From Podarcis bocagei (lineage: Eukaryota), in the NCBI GenBank assembly GCA_964188305.1, contig OZ076888.1: a stretch of DNA of 64,000 nt; one strand, written 5' to 3'. The notes beneath the pieces were generated by a model that worked only from the letters and a program-made list of their open reading frames with translations, did not search any database and was not told the origin of the DNA. This document shows positions 1 to 14,297 of the stretch, in pieces. How positions within the stretch are numbered: the stretch's first letter is position 1; each line of letters opens with the position of its first letter. Both the position numbers and the translations under genes were made by a program.

Positions 1-3000
1 TAATTGGCATTTCTATACTTTCTGCCATAGAGTCCAATTGGGGTGCATCCGCTAAGGTCACACAATTGCACAAAATATGATAATAGGGTGAGAGAAATAG
101 GCTGCAAGCCTTTGGGCTTCTGCAGTGGCTTTGCTGAAAGTGAGGACGTCTGCAACCTTTTAACCACTCTGAAGCCAATCTAATATGATTGTATAGTAAT
201 ATTGTAATACTATTCCAGTGCCCTAATGTTTTCAGCATACAGTGTGCTGCTTATCACAAATGCATTGCATATACAATGCATTGCATTGAAACATCTCTTA
301 CTGGCCCTATGACAAGGTGGCCTAAATTACCTGTTGAGCTATGGAAGTTGGAGACGTCTTTTTTATGGCTAGCCCTGGTAGAAATGTGTATTATTTTCAC
401 ACAGTCCAAGAGTACTGTCAACTTGTCCTTTAAATTGTTGAGGGGGAAATAGTGGAGACATTGCACAGAGGTGCTACAGACAGCATTTCAGCATCCTCTT
501 AGACGCAACTCCCCTTGAAGTCACATAAAATATTGTTCTCTGAGTTAAGAGCAGCAAAGGATTGGGGCTTTTGAATTTATTTTAGGGTGAACAAATAATA
601 AGGGTGTTAGAAAAGCTCTATGGGACATTCCAAAACTTGTTTGTGTACGATCAGTGATTGTCAATGAGGTGCTGAGAAACTAGTTCATCAAATCAGACCA
701 TTAAATGGTGTTACATGCAGCTGCACAACATGTTGTCAGTGCCTCTTTGTAAACCTTCAGAGATTTACAGCACCATACACTGGAGCAATGGTATCTAATA
801 TTTATATTCTTTCATTATTTTGTTTTCCTTGGAACAAAACCTACAGACTTATATAAAATCCAGCATGGTGTGTTAGAAATAACAGTGCTAGCTTGCAGGA
901 TTTATAGTCACACACAAAGCACAGTCCCAGTGCTACAGTAATTGCAAGCTACCAAAGAGCTTCATGGCATTTATTCAAAATACTTTATGCACTTAGTACA
1001 CATATTGGGGGGAATTCAAACTGCTTGCTTTGAATCTGATAAAGGCAAAAACAAATGGATCATTTCTCTTCCATGAAAATACATGCAATAAGGCTGCATT
1101 ATAAACTAGTTTGTCCTCTCCCCACTTTCTCTCGAATATTCTGCATAGGATCTGCTGTCGGGTTTAGAGTTGGCATTCCTCTCTGATATCCTTTTTCTTC
1201 TGAATAAAAAAAAAAGGAAAGATACTAGCCCTCATAGATCATAGTGGGAATTTCACTTGCTACCTGGCTTTAATTTTCTCCTACTTGTGTATCCCACTGT
1301 CCCTTAATAATAACACATTTTCTCACTTCACTGCACAGGTGTGTTTTTTTGCAAAAATACAAGAAAACAAATCCCACATTCTACACACACACATAAAAAG
1401 ACCCTCAGATACTGAGTCGATAATATAAAATATACAGTGCATTTATACAGAATACAAAAATTACACACATACGGTTGTTTTCTTTTTTGTTAATCACAGA
1501 ATAAGAATTTTTGGCACATACAATGTAACACCGTATGTTTATACAGTATTGTCAGGCAAAAATGCTATATGCATATAACTGTAGAACCCAATCTGAATAA
1601 GAACCATGCACTGATAACATATTTTTTAAATGATGTATCAATAGATAACCAAAGAAAATAGCTCATGACAACATATCTTTGCCCAAAGGGACCTGATATT
1701 GGGCATGTTAACTTATAAACAAGCAACAGTGATGTAGATGCTTCTAACTAATTTACAAAATAAAGTGTGCGTTTGACATTGGTTAGCTTGTTAATGTTTG
1801 ACATTAGCCACTTGCTAGTGTTTTGTGCTGTTTACTTAAAAGAAGAAAAAGAAAGACACATACATCTAGTACATAAAGAAATACCAAGTAAATTCACAGT
1901 TATAAAGAATGGAGTTTATTCTGTTTGCTTTCTGGCATTGCTTTCCTAAGGCATCAATTTCATTCCCCACGATATAATACATTTTATTAGTATAGCATTA
2001 TGACGGTAGCAGTGATGGTGGGGTGTTGTTTTTTTAAGGTACATATTCTTTCTGGTCACAATCCAACACAGCTTTAAGAATATTTAACTAAGACCTAACT
2101 CTGTGTTGGATCATATTCCCTATCTGATATGGCATAGTTGTTACAGAATATGAGCCAATTGTTCAGAAAAATACTTGATGCCAAGTATTTTTTTTCTTAG
2201 TGGCCCACAGGTGTATTTTAAATGCACAAATATGAATTTGAAGTTATTTGTTGTTTTTAAAAATCTGTTGATAATGATATATATCTAAATAAGCAAGTAG
2301 GGGGAGTTCTGGCTTTATTTATAAGATAATCAAAAGGATGTGTGGAAAAGAGTGAAACACTCCATATGGTTGCCAGATAGATTTTCAGTGTTTTCTGAGG
2401 GTAGGGTTTTGGTTCTGTTTTTATATTTTTATTCCAGGGTCTCTTTATCTCCTATTAAGCAACTTTGTGATGGTGTGTATGACTTTTAATATGAGTTCTA
2501 ATATCTCAATGGTTAAATATAATTGAAATTCTGATATGAGAAAATACAGTTTATATCAATGAGATTTTTTTTTCAGTAACAAGGAATGATTTGGCCTGGT
2601 ATGATAGAGTAAAGCCCCATATAACATTTTGGAATGCATTCTCATATGAATTGCAGTATTTGAATTTGTGATGTAGAAGATCTCCTACTCAAAAGAAATC
2701 TTTCTGCATGAAGATTTTAATCATAAAATTATGGTATGCATAATTCTTTGGGGTTTTTTTGACACCCTCTGTTATAAAGTTATCATTTAAAAGGGGTGAG
2801 TGAATTAAAATTATTTCATGTATTTTGAATATTAGATAATAGTACTAGAATGACATTAGCCTGTTTTTGATTCTGTAGTACAGTGTCAGAAATCATTTTT
2901 AAAGCAATTAACAGAAATATTAGTCATTATGCAGGTATTATTTTGATGGCGTTTTTATTATGTTAACACTTACGGTACTTATTAAGGATCTCCTTCAGGC

Positions 3001-3011
3001 CTATAAAACCC

Positions 3012-3103
3012 TAAGGCTACAATCCTAAACATGCTCACAAGTGAGTAAATCCCACTGAACACAGTGGAACTTGCTTCTGACTAAACATATATATATGATT
3101 GTT
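3012..3103. mobile_element. Decayed ~90-bp palindromic MITE copy
   Basis: ggctacaatccta...gagtaaatcccactgaacacagtggaacttgcttctgactaaac...gattg; shares a consensus with other copies in the window. Confidence 0.6.
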
Positions 3104-6100
3104 TTTCAAAACAGTGAAATCAGTTGTGTTTATTTAGTTAAGGTTCTACCTTAAAGGTAGATAAAGAACTGATGAATTCTGGTGTTGGAGGTGTTTACTT
3201 TCTACTTTCTCAGTCTTTTGGGAAGTCAAATATGTTTATTTTTAAAATGAAATGTTTGCTAGTGACTACAGGAAAATAATTGGTGCCACCAGGTACATTA
3301 AGTCCTCAATACAAAAATTAATAATAATCAAAAGCAGCCCTGTACCTGTGCAATCGTTTTTACTGCCTTCCCACTTTCAATTTAAGGTCTGATCCTGTTC
3401 CCAATAAAACAACAGGAACCTCTCAAATGATTCAGAGGGAAGATGGATGAATGCAGCCTAGCGATCACACCTTATGGCTATTAGCAAGTTAATACCTTGA
3501 AAATATTTTCTGTCTCTTGCTGCTAATGGTGAGCCCAATCCACAAGCCACTTAATATGGAGTGCATGGATTGGGAAACCCCTTTCAAGTCTCTGAAAACA
3601 CACCATCGTACATCTAACCTTTATGGCTGCAATGACTTGCAACCAGGAACGTTCAACAATTAAAGATATTGGGGGGGGGGGGAGGTTAACCTCCCGTTAG
3701 AGGGAGAAAACTAATTATATGAGAAAGGTGCAAATTTAGAACACGTTCTGTTGACTCTTCTGCACCTCCTGATTACATAAACTTTACATCAAAACAGTTA
3801 CGTCATACAGCAACTTATTTTGGTTTTAAGATAGACACAATGGAATTCATTCACAAACACTAGGCTAAAGAGGTGCTCGTCATAGTGGCTCCCCCCAACA
3901 AGCTGGCTTTAGTAACGAAAAGACGAACCCAGGGGTGGCTAAGAAACAGAAAGATGCTAAAGAGTCTACCAAATAAAATAAAATAAAAACTTGGCACACC
4001 GATCTTGGTTTCCTTGTTATATGAAAGAAAATCATGCTGAAATCCATGGTGCTTGATTGTTGGGTGATGTTAGGTGAGACTGTATTCTTGGAGTAGTCAG
4101 TAGAAAATCTGGCATTAGCTATGGGGAGAAGAGTTGCCCTTTTTCCATGAATGGGCCATCTTTCATTTTCCCTTTCCTAAAATTATCCTTTTTACATTAG
4201 CCCAGACATATAGGTATGTCGTAGTTCTCTCTTACAGCCGGCATGCTAAAGTAGAGATAACAGCAGTAGACAGTAAACAGTCGTCTAAAAGCGTGCGCTA
4301 CGCTGAACCATTTCGCATTCCTTAAACTGTGGATTCCAGACAAGAAAAGAAAAACGCAAGCATGATTAATTAACTAAATGTTCTGCAGATACAAAGAACC
4401 GTCTAAAAATGACAGACTGCAGGATGAAGATAGTATAGACAGTGTTTACAAACTGCTTTTATGTGGTGCCTTGCAATAAAAACTGGATTGAAATAGAACT
4501 GATAGCAATTCTAATTTATTTTCAACATATGCCTGTTTTCAGGATATTGTCAGACGACACCCACCCACTCCGCTTTTAGATGAGTTGTTCTGCTAAGACA
4601 ATTTTTAAACCTGCCATTATTTTTCTATTCTGATTTTTCCCCCAGTTTGTTTCCATCTTCTCCCCGGGTTATGGCTGTTGGTGGCGAATTTATACACATG
4701 TGGTATATCTACACAAGTGCTCTATATACACGCACACCATCCTAAGGTGATGTTTCCCCCAGCAAGCCAAACTGTATTCCGACCAAACTGTGTTTATAGA
4801 AACCCCGTTTATGTTAAATATATATTTGAATTGATTTCAGAGAGTTCAAATCCGACCTGAAAGAAAGTACAGGGTGTGTGGAGGTCTGAACGCGCACACA
4901 GCGATATTGGCACCTCTCCCTCCTGAACATGGATTGGTAGATTTCTGTAATATCAACAATGTAATCAGATATCTGAGCTTGTTCCCAATGCAAACACATT
5001 GCAATACTTGGATTTGAACCAGTTTACACCCGAATCCTAAACACGCTGGGTACTATCCACCGGAAAGTCCTTTTGCGTGAGCCTCATTCTCAGCTGACTT
5101 CAATGAGAACTCCAGTCTCGTGGACTTCAGTTTGGATTGGAATACTTTCAGGTGATGTGATCTGGATATGGGATCGCAGCTGCTGTCCGAAAAGCACTTA
5201 TGCCCCAATGAGATCAATCACGTTTCTTTAGATACTGTTTAGGATCGAGTAGTCATTCCTATGCACTTCAGATCGATTTACACCCAGGTAGCTGCGCTAA
5301 CTAAGGTTGGGCGGTCCGAACTAAATCAGGAAAGGCTGCAGTTTGTGATTTGAGGCTTACTCTTTCGCCAAACTTAAAATATGTTTCCAATACCTCTGTC
5401 CTTTTACTCCGCATTTACTTATAGGCTAGACGATATGCCAAAACGAGTGTTCAAGATAGAGCCTCCAGGGCCAGACCTACTTTATATTTGACGGGGAGGG
5501 CGCTTCATCCACTAAAGGAAACCTGCTGCAACTAAGGCTCCTACGTCTTATACTCCTCTCTTAAGTACACTTCCTTGGACGCGAGTCCCCTTGATTTCAC
5601 TCTAATGCAGTATGTTAATGTACTTAGCATCGAAATGCCGTTCTTCCACATAGACTGCCATGACCTTGTCAGCATAGTCTAAGACTGGGGGCAATAACAG
5701 ATGCGTATCTGCTGTTTTATGGACATATATAGCGCACTGTATATATCATAGGGAAAGCCAGGTACTTTACCAAAACCTGACTACAAAGAATGTGACCTGA
5801 GTGCGATTCCACTTCTCTGTCAGACATCCACCATCCCTCTAGCCTAAAGTCATTCCTTGATCATTGCATTTATTATGAAAGGGGTTTGCTCCCCAGCACG
5901 CTTGGCAATGTCTCCCCCAAAATCGTGTGGAAGAATGGGGTCCAAGACCTTTTTTTGGGGGGGGGATATTGAGCTCTATCTATGCACAGCTGAAATCTCT
6001 TTCCGACCAGGATAAGGACTTAACCGAAGCAGAATCTCGCTGATAATTAATTTGGTGGAGGGGGCTGTTCACTTCTACACCAGTCACCCCAGAATTTGTC

Positions 6101-6416
6101 TAACAATAGACAATTTGCCAGCTTAGAGAATGCAAAATCGCCCGCTGCTTCTTACCTAGTCAACATCATTTATTTCTGTTTCCAAGAAACAGTAAGTTTG
6201 GCACGAGATTTTGTTCAAAATTGCATAAAAGTAAGTTTCGTTGACGTGTGCCTGGCGCAGGAAGAATTTAGCTAGTTAAAATGGTTGAAAACGTGGACTT
6301 CGTGGAATCTGCCATTCTAGGATGCTAGGTGGGCAAGAAAACCGTTAAATGTCTACACACACACACACACCAAATGTTGATCGGAGGGGGAGGGGAACAT
6401 TCCTACCGAAGGCAAC

Positions 6417-6514
6417 TTACAGTGCATTGCTGTGTGATACTCAGAATTAAATCCCAATGTATTCAATGGGGCTTCCTCTCAGGTAAGTATGTATCGATAG
6501 GATTGTAGCCTTAC
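6417..6514. mobile_element. Decayed ~90-bp palindromic MITE copy
   Basis: tactcagaattaaatcccaatgtattcaatggggcttcctctcaggtaagt...taggattgtagcctta. Confidence 0.6.
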
Positions 6515-8221
6515 AGACATTAGTCCAATGCAAAAGTTGTCAGTACGTGGCACGACTTCACTAAGTAACCTTTGACAAGTTAACAGAGCCGGGGGCAGGT
6601 GTGCGAAGGGAAGTGGGGGGGGGCGGTCCTCTGCAGTTATATTGACATTTTCTAGCATTGAACCTCGTCTTCGCCCTTCAGACAGTGGGAAGTCTCGTAT
6701 TACCGTATCAAATCAAACAGCTTGATTTTAATATAACACCAATGCTATAAAAAAAACAAAGCACATACTAAGACCTACCCAAAGATATGAGGGTCTTATA
6801 ATATATAAAGTTTAATAACACGAACAAGCATTCAAGGGCGAGATGATCTCTAGCTCCTTTAAACTGTGTAAACACCGTAAGGAGAATGGAGGGGAGAGCG
6901 GGCAAGAAGAGTAATGGCTTTTATTGTGATGTTTGTTTGTTTGTGCAGCTTTTGCTTTGTTCCGGAAGCCAACGTCTCACCCCCTCCCTGTGGTAGGGAT
7001 CCATTTGAATCCACGAGTAAACTCGGTGTGCAGTTTTATAAACCGCGAAGTTCTTTATTTAGACCCACTTTTTTTTTAAAGGACGCTGTTTTTGAGGAAT
7101 GCAATACGTTCACACTTCCAGCGTTAAGAAAGTAACACCACTTGTTAGCACAACTGTTAGCATACTGTTTCACACGCTTGCTCGGCGCTGGGTTTTCTAA
7201 GAACTGAAATCACTGCGCCCACGCTATTGTTATAACTACTACAGAAAAGTGAGAACAACCAAAGCCAAAGCTTTCGAGAAGCGGAAAGTGCAATGAACTT
7301 GAAGGTGCTGTTGTTGTTGCTGCCGCCGCCGCTAGTGCTACTGCCTGTGCTTTTTCACCCGAGGGAATCATCTTCTCTTCCATTGTAATTTCCAGGGCTC
7401 TCTCGAGATGCCGTTCAGACTCCCTTGAACTTTGTTAAACTTTCAGACCTCGAGGGCTAACTACTTCTCTGGCTAATTCCAGTGGATTTATCGCCGGGTA
7501 CCATCTAAACCCCGCTAACTTTAGTATCTAATTTATCCAGTCCTCATTTGCAAACTGTCTCCTACCAAGTCGTGTCAACGAAAGGTCAACTCTACACAGC
7601 AGTTATGTTCACTTTCCTTTCCTTAAAAAAAAAGGAAAGGAAAGGAAAGGGGGGGTACTAAGGTGGAATTCAAATTAAACCTTTTCTAAATACCTGTGAG
7701 TTCCAGTCACTCCGAGTTACAATTTAATAGAATGGGCGCATTAAGAAGCCATTCATAAGAATAGTTTAAGTTCATGTGAAAACGTGTATTGGAGGAGACT
7801 GGAAAACGCTCTATGCAGATATCATTTAAATTGCAAAAGGATATTTTAGGTGCATTATTTCCAACAATACTAGTGCTAGTGTGCTAGTGTGATTAATATT
7901 AATAACATTAATAATAATATTAAATTGCCCTTAAATCCTAAATGAATTATCTCAGAGCACCGTGACAGCTTTGTTATTACGCCCTGGTATAAAAAAATGT
8001 AAATATCATGGCCTCGATCTCCTCAAAGTAGCTCCAGCAAAAACAATACCAGCAACAAAAAGTTGCTGGGCAGATTCAGTTTTCGTGCCATAAAGTCTGT
8101 CCGAGCCAACAGATAGTGATCATGCTTGTTCCTGTTGCGATTTCAAACGCCACAATAGTTCAACTCTGTCCTGTTTGATGTGAAAGTACTTGGGCAACGC
8201 TGCTCGCAAACAAAACAAAAC

Positions 8222-8224
<3 letters not shown>

Positions 8225-8286
<62 letters not shown>
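8225..8286. repeat. (CT)n microsatellite
   Basis: About 30 units. Confidence 0.95.
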
Positions 8287-8290
<4 letters not shown>

Positions 8291-11200
8291 CACGTCACAC
8301 ACACACGCGCGCGCAGAGGCTATCCGAGCAGTGCCATTTTGCAATGGAGCAACGCATCACTTACCAAAGCTGGAGTGTAGATTTTCGGCAAATGCTGTCA
8401 GTAGGGTTGAGAAGTGAATAACTGGAGGAAAAGTTGGAAGAGGACTTGTGTGTTGTTGTTTTTAAAGGAAGCCAGAGGGAAGTTGAGAGCACAGCGCTCT
8501 CTTGCTCTTTCTGGCCGCCACCACCGAAACAAAGATCTGGGAGTTAAGAGAGCAAAGCCGTGCCAGATCTATACAGAAAGAGGGAGAGGGAGAGAGAGGG
8601 AGAGGGAAAGAGACGGGGAGATTATATCCAGGGCCAAATCTCAGTTCCACATTCCCTCCAGCTAAGCGAAAAGTCTAAACGCTCCGGAGGTAAGAGATGT
8701 GGCGGGAGGGGAAAATCTCCTGACAATAAATATTATTTTGTAAACAAAACAGCTTTCAAACAAAGCTCCAGGCTAGTGTAGGGGTTTTTTTGGGGGGGTA
8801 CTTGTTAATTATTGGCCAAAAGAATGAAAGAGATACTAAAATAGGCTAGATAGTTTGAAAGGGAAGGGTCTAAACATCAAACTATGGATCTTGTTCTGTG
8901 TTTCTGCATTTTATTCTCTGTTACCCTAGCATTTTAATATTTCCCCCCCTAAGAAAAAAAGTATCTATACATCTTTATTTTGGAAGAAGAAACCGGGGTT
9001 TAACTGGATCTATGAAGTATAGATTAAGAGGCTAATTTAATGTGCGTAAACAAAGTAACCTTGCAACAGTGTTTTTAGAATGCAGTGATCTTAAATAAGG
9101 AAGATAAAAAGGAAGATGATCAACAGTTGTGGGGGCGGAGGTTTCTCCACCCACGTTTTGAACAAAACGAATCCATCTGTTTACACAGACATTGACTGGA
9201 CACGTGATCAAGGTGTGTGCGCGTGTGGTTCTCTATGCTTCAATCCTCTTCTTAAAAGTCACCAAAATCTCTTACGTTATCCTGCCTAAAATATGCTCTG
9301 TGGGCGCAGGGTTGTAGGACTGCGACAGACATTTGCGGTCGTTGAAGTCTACATTTTTTTAAAAAGGTCTCTAGTTTTAAATTCCAACCTGGTGTAAACA
9401 AATGGTTGTAAATGATATCGGAGTCGAGACAGTAGATTTAAGCCTTTATTCCTATTTGCAGGCTCAGAGTTATTACTTGTCACATCCAGTGCTTAGATGT
9501 CAGGGGTCTGAAATGGAACGCCAAAGAGATTTGTTTATTTTGTTGCTGTTTTTAGGGCGAAATAATCTTCATAATGGCAGGTCCTTTATTACGGGAGGAG
9601 GGGGGCAAGAAATATGGGAGGAGGAAGAGAGAGTGTCCACAAATGAGATGTGGTCAAAGGCTATTCATGTAGCCTTTTCACTCCACCCGTACTAGCCCAG
9701 CCACTAACTTTGAAAATGAGTCTCTAGTCTGAACCTGATGTCACCTTGAGGTGAACTGGATGAGAGGAAATTGTCATCGACAATTGGTGATTTCGTGTGT
9801 GTGTGTGTGTCTATATTGGGGGGGGGGGAGGGAGAGAGGCAAAGCTGACTCCGAGTGAGGTTCCACTGTCTTGTATGAGGTGCCATCTATTTTACACGCC
9901 TTTAGTCCCACCTATAACTCAGAGAGGCTTAAGTACCGCTAAGCATTAAGTCAGTGCCCTCTTACAGACTTTAATGGCACGCTGAAGGGTGAAATCCAAG
10001 AGCTTTGACCGAGTTGTAAGGCTGGCTAAACATAGCTCGAGCAGTCACTGCTGCGTACCTGGTGCGTGATTTCCTCATTATGACAATGGGCTAGAAAACA
10101 ATAGCTTCTTTTAAAAAGAAAGTCATCTTTTATTTATGCAGCTTTTTCTCCCTTTTGGCCTATTAGGGTGGCTCTACTCTCATTTTAAACACACACACAC
10201 GTTAAATAGTTGTAAATGACACATTTACCTAGAAAGTTAGGCCAACTGAAATCACTGCACTTCCAGGTCCGAGGTTCCAGTCATATTTCATGCTGTTTAT
10301 CTTTTAATTCCAAAAGAGTAGGAGCAGATCTAGAAGTAAATTACGCCCCTTTGTAGATGGAATGACGGAGAGAATGTGCGGGTTTCCTGGTCAGCACCCA
10401 GGACCAGAGAAAGCGTTTGGCCTAGGCAGACATCTCATCTGAAAATTATTAGTGCTGAGGGGTCCAGCTAAAGGAGTCATTAAACGCGATAGGTTGTGCT
10501 CGTCCGACGTGTAGAGGCTTGGGAGAAAGGGAGGAGGGACAGACTGGAGGATATTTGACAGACAAGCCAGAGCTAAGCGTTAGGGTCTCACTCTGTAGCG
10601 AAAAAGCCACCGCTGGGGCCTAAGGAAAGATCTATTCGAGAGGCGTGGTTGGGCCCACCTAACCGTGGAATAAAATGCATTTGATAACATTATGTGATGT
10701 GGATATATGGGGTCGTGAGAAGAGTGAAAAATAAAGTTTTCTTTCAGAAACAGTACTGCGTGGCAACTCTAGGGCTTCCTGGTTCAACCGATGTGGAATG
10801 ATTGTTCATGGAGTAGCTGCGATCACAGAAAGCTCCTTGAGAATGGTCTTGTTGCTGCTGCTGCTATTGCTGCCGACGCCTTATAGAGCCTCTCGGGGTT
10901 TTTTTCCGGGTGGGGGTGTGTGTTACAATGTTTGTTGTTTATCTGTCAAGGTTTATGAACCTTCTGGGCCTTGTTGTATTACGATATTGCTTAAACCATA
11001 GATGTCTGAAAACAAATACGTGCATATTCCCCTACCAAACTATTTTGGGAGCCTCGCCAACGGTTTCCCGATGATTTAGGCTCTGTGTGGTTACCTTCTC
11101 TAGACAGTTTAGGAAGTGCTGAGAGTTATAAATATGCAACAGCACGTGGAAGCTGTGCCCGAGCTTGAGGAAGGCGCATGCGCGTCGAGTCTACATCTAA

Positions 11201-12406
11201 CGCCAAGCGTTGTGTGTTCTTAAAGAGAGCAGCCTGTTTCATGTGTGGCATTAGAAAACTCTTTAAGAGACCGCTGGCAGCCCCGATGTAGCCAGAAAGC
11301 ACAGCGAAGCTTCTAAAAACGTGGTCTTTTCTTGTTTTACAGGAACTCTCCTTCACAAAAAGCAAAGCAGAATACGTTACCTATCTCCAAATCCCCAGAT
11401 TCACTTGTCGTGAAAGAAGCAGTATCGAAAAGAAACCACGTGGCCTTACAGTGGTTTATTTGGTTTTTTTGTGTGTGGCGGGGGATGTGTGTATGTGTGT
11501 GTTTAATGCAATTTATTTGTTTGTTTGTTTATTTATTTTTCCCTCCCTATTTCTCTGTCGTTGCCCTTTGCCTTTTTAAATTGTCTCGGTTTAAAACGCA
11601 CGTACATGAGAAATAACCGAATTGGGTGACACATAATAAATATCATTAAAAGTATTGTCCAAAAAAAAAAATGGGTCGTAGAAGGACATTCTCAAACAAA
11701 AACAAGCACAGGTATTGAATACGTCTGTCTTGTATAATCCATATTTAAATAATTGTTATGCATAACAATATTAAGCACATTGCTTGCAAGGGAAGTGGTA
11801 TAAGCCCATGCTTCATACTCCCACTGAAATAAATGTGACTTCAAAGTGCTTTATTTTTGCCGGATCGTGTCCTAGCAAGCAAGATTATCACACACTACAC
11901 ATATATAAATAGAGACTCTTCCAGGATAACGTGTGTACCCACACACACACATTATCTTGGAGAAGCCAGCATGATTGGGTAGTTAATTTGATTTATTATT
12001 CTTCAAAAACACTGCCTCCAATAGGGGTGTCATCTGGAAACTTCATGCTATTTTGTACTATCATTCTAAGGCTGAAATAAATGTTACCAATTGATGACAG
12101 CTTCCAGCTGCACGGTAAAAATAGCCCTCTGGTTTCACATGATCCTGTTTCTTGTTAATCGAGGATGAAGCAGGCCTGACTTACAGAACCTAGAAGGGGA
12201 AGGGTGGGTTTAAAGATTGAATTGACTTATTATTTTGGAATTGTTTATTATTTGTTTATTATTTTACACAAAGATTTATATCCTGACCATCTAGTGCTTA
12301 TGTATTGTGTTATGTACTGTGTAGGAGACAGATTGAAAAGATAGATTTAGATATACATAATAAAATTAAGAAATGGGCATATTACAATTGTACACAAGAA
12401 GCATAA

Positions 12407-12457
12407 TGTGTGCGTGTGTGTGTGTGTGTGCGCGCGTGCGTGCGTGCATGCGTGTGC
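12407..12457. repeat. (GT)n/(GC)n/(GCGT)n compound microsatellite
   Basis: Read directly from the sequence. Confidence 0.9.
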
Positions 12458-14204
12458 ACATCCTATTTATTTTCTAAAATGAATAGAGAAGTAAGCATTT
12501 CTTTATGTTATTATATTGGTCTCTTTATAATCATACATGTACACACACTTAAGTTAACAAGTGGAATAAGTAGCAAACGTCTAAGAGTGAGGAGTGTGTG
12601 TGTGTGTGTGTGTGTGTGTGGTGGATAGACAGCGTAAACAGGGGGAGGGGGAGGGGAAGAGTGTACTACGGTAAGACCACACAAAAAAGCATCAGAGGCA
12701 ATGTGGGAGGAAAGCCACATAAGAATTAATTAAAATGCGAAGTTACCAAATGCAAAACAAGCAGGGATATGTGATTTGAACCAGTATGCATGAAATTTAC
12801 AGCTAAACCATATAGTTGTCCATTAGATGCACATTAGATAACAGTTATGTATGTATCTGGTATATTTTTAGCTCCCAAACAAAAGTTTTATATAAACAGG
12901 GGAAACCATAACTAGGAGGCCCTATCGAAAACCCATGTAAAGGAATCTCAGCAGGTGTAAAAAGAGTGGGTTTGTCACGATTTCTGAGTGATAAATAAAT
13001 TGTCCTCTGCCTACTTTAAATAAAAAAAAACTAATTTCTGCACACACCCTTTGTTCGCAACTCGCCATCAAAAGCTTCATAGCCTTATTTTGCTTTCTTC
13101 TCGAAAATGTTATCTGACTCTCTTTAACTCTTTGTAACTGGTGAATGGCTCAATATCTTTTTATTCTTACATCATTCGAGCAGGTTAGGTCTATTAATGT
13201 GCGCATAAAGGCTACATAAACACAGCCAAGTAAATAAATACACCGAACAGGGCACTAATGCGGTTATAGGTGGATAGTGTAGGTATACGGAGGTATATGA
13301 AGTAGAAAAAGCGTAAAAGTGCCCGTCCATTTCTTGCGCTCAGTTCCTTTAAATACAACTGCATTCCCTTTTTCGACAAAAGGACGCCAGCTACCACTCC
13401 TCTGCCAGAAATATAGATCTTCCCATATAGGTTTTCGGGGGATTGTCATACTAACTTCAAAGAAAACCATGCGTCAAGTTTATTATTTAGAACTATTCCA
13501 TCCCTACTTCCCCATCCCGCCTCCCTTGGAGAGCTCACATTGTAGGCCAGCTTGCCCTCTCATTTGCCTCTTCCCTCTCCTGCCCGTAGACTCCTATCCG
13601 AAACAGTTACTTTGAAGTAGAATCAACTGAATTTCACAGGAAAATAAATGGGAATTTCAGTCAGATTTCCGTGAAAAATCAATAATTCAAAATGGAATTT
13701 CGTTTTCTGATCGTTTCAGTGGAATGTCAGGCGGAAACCAAGAGTCTGCATTATGTAGGATTGGGGTATATATATGCTCCCGAGCAAAGCAACTTTCTTT
13801 TTTAAACAACAACAGGAGAGAATTGCAGTTTATGTTTTACGTTTGTAAACACAATTATTCCTGTTGTAAAGCATGCAACAGATTGGCCACTCTACTACTG
13901 TCGAAATTCCACGTGATCTTGCTCTACAAAACCCTTTATTCCGAATGTAGCTCCTTCTTAAAAAGCTCAATTTTAAGATTTAACAGAACCATGTATACTC
14001 AGAAGTTAATCGTATTGACATCAGTGGTTTTTACTTCAAAGTCTGCTTCTGATTACATCCCCTATCTCGCAAGTACGGGCTCCTATTTTCCATTTACAGA
14101 AAGTATGGGAGGGTGATTGATAGCATTGGAAAAAATAGTTTAAAACGTAAATATTTATGAAAACTTCAGGTTGCAGACAGCTTCTGCCTGCAAGCATGAT
14201 AAAA

Positions 14205-14297
14205 GTATGATCTTTTCTATTGCGTGTTTACTCGTCTGTGAATTATACTAAGTTAAATGGGTGTTACTCCCAAGTAAATGTACCCAGGAATGCAGCC
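14205..14297. mobile_element. Decayed ~90-bp palindromic MITE copy
   Basis: gtgtttactc...aatgggtgttactcccaagtaaatgtacccaggaatgcagcc. Confidence 0.5.

Noticed and set aside
8120-8781. Several ORFs with RERE/SLSL runs
   Set aside because: Translations of (CT)n/(GA)n microsatellites.
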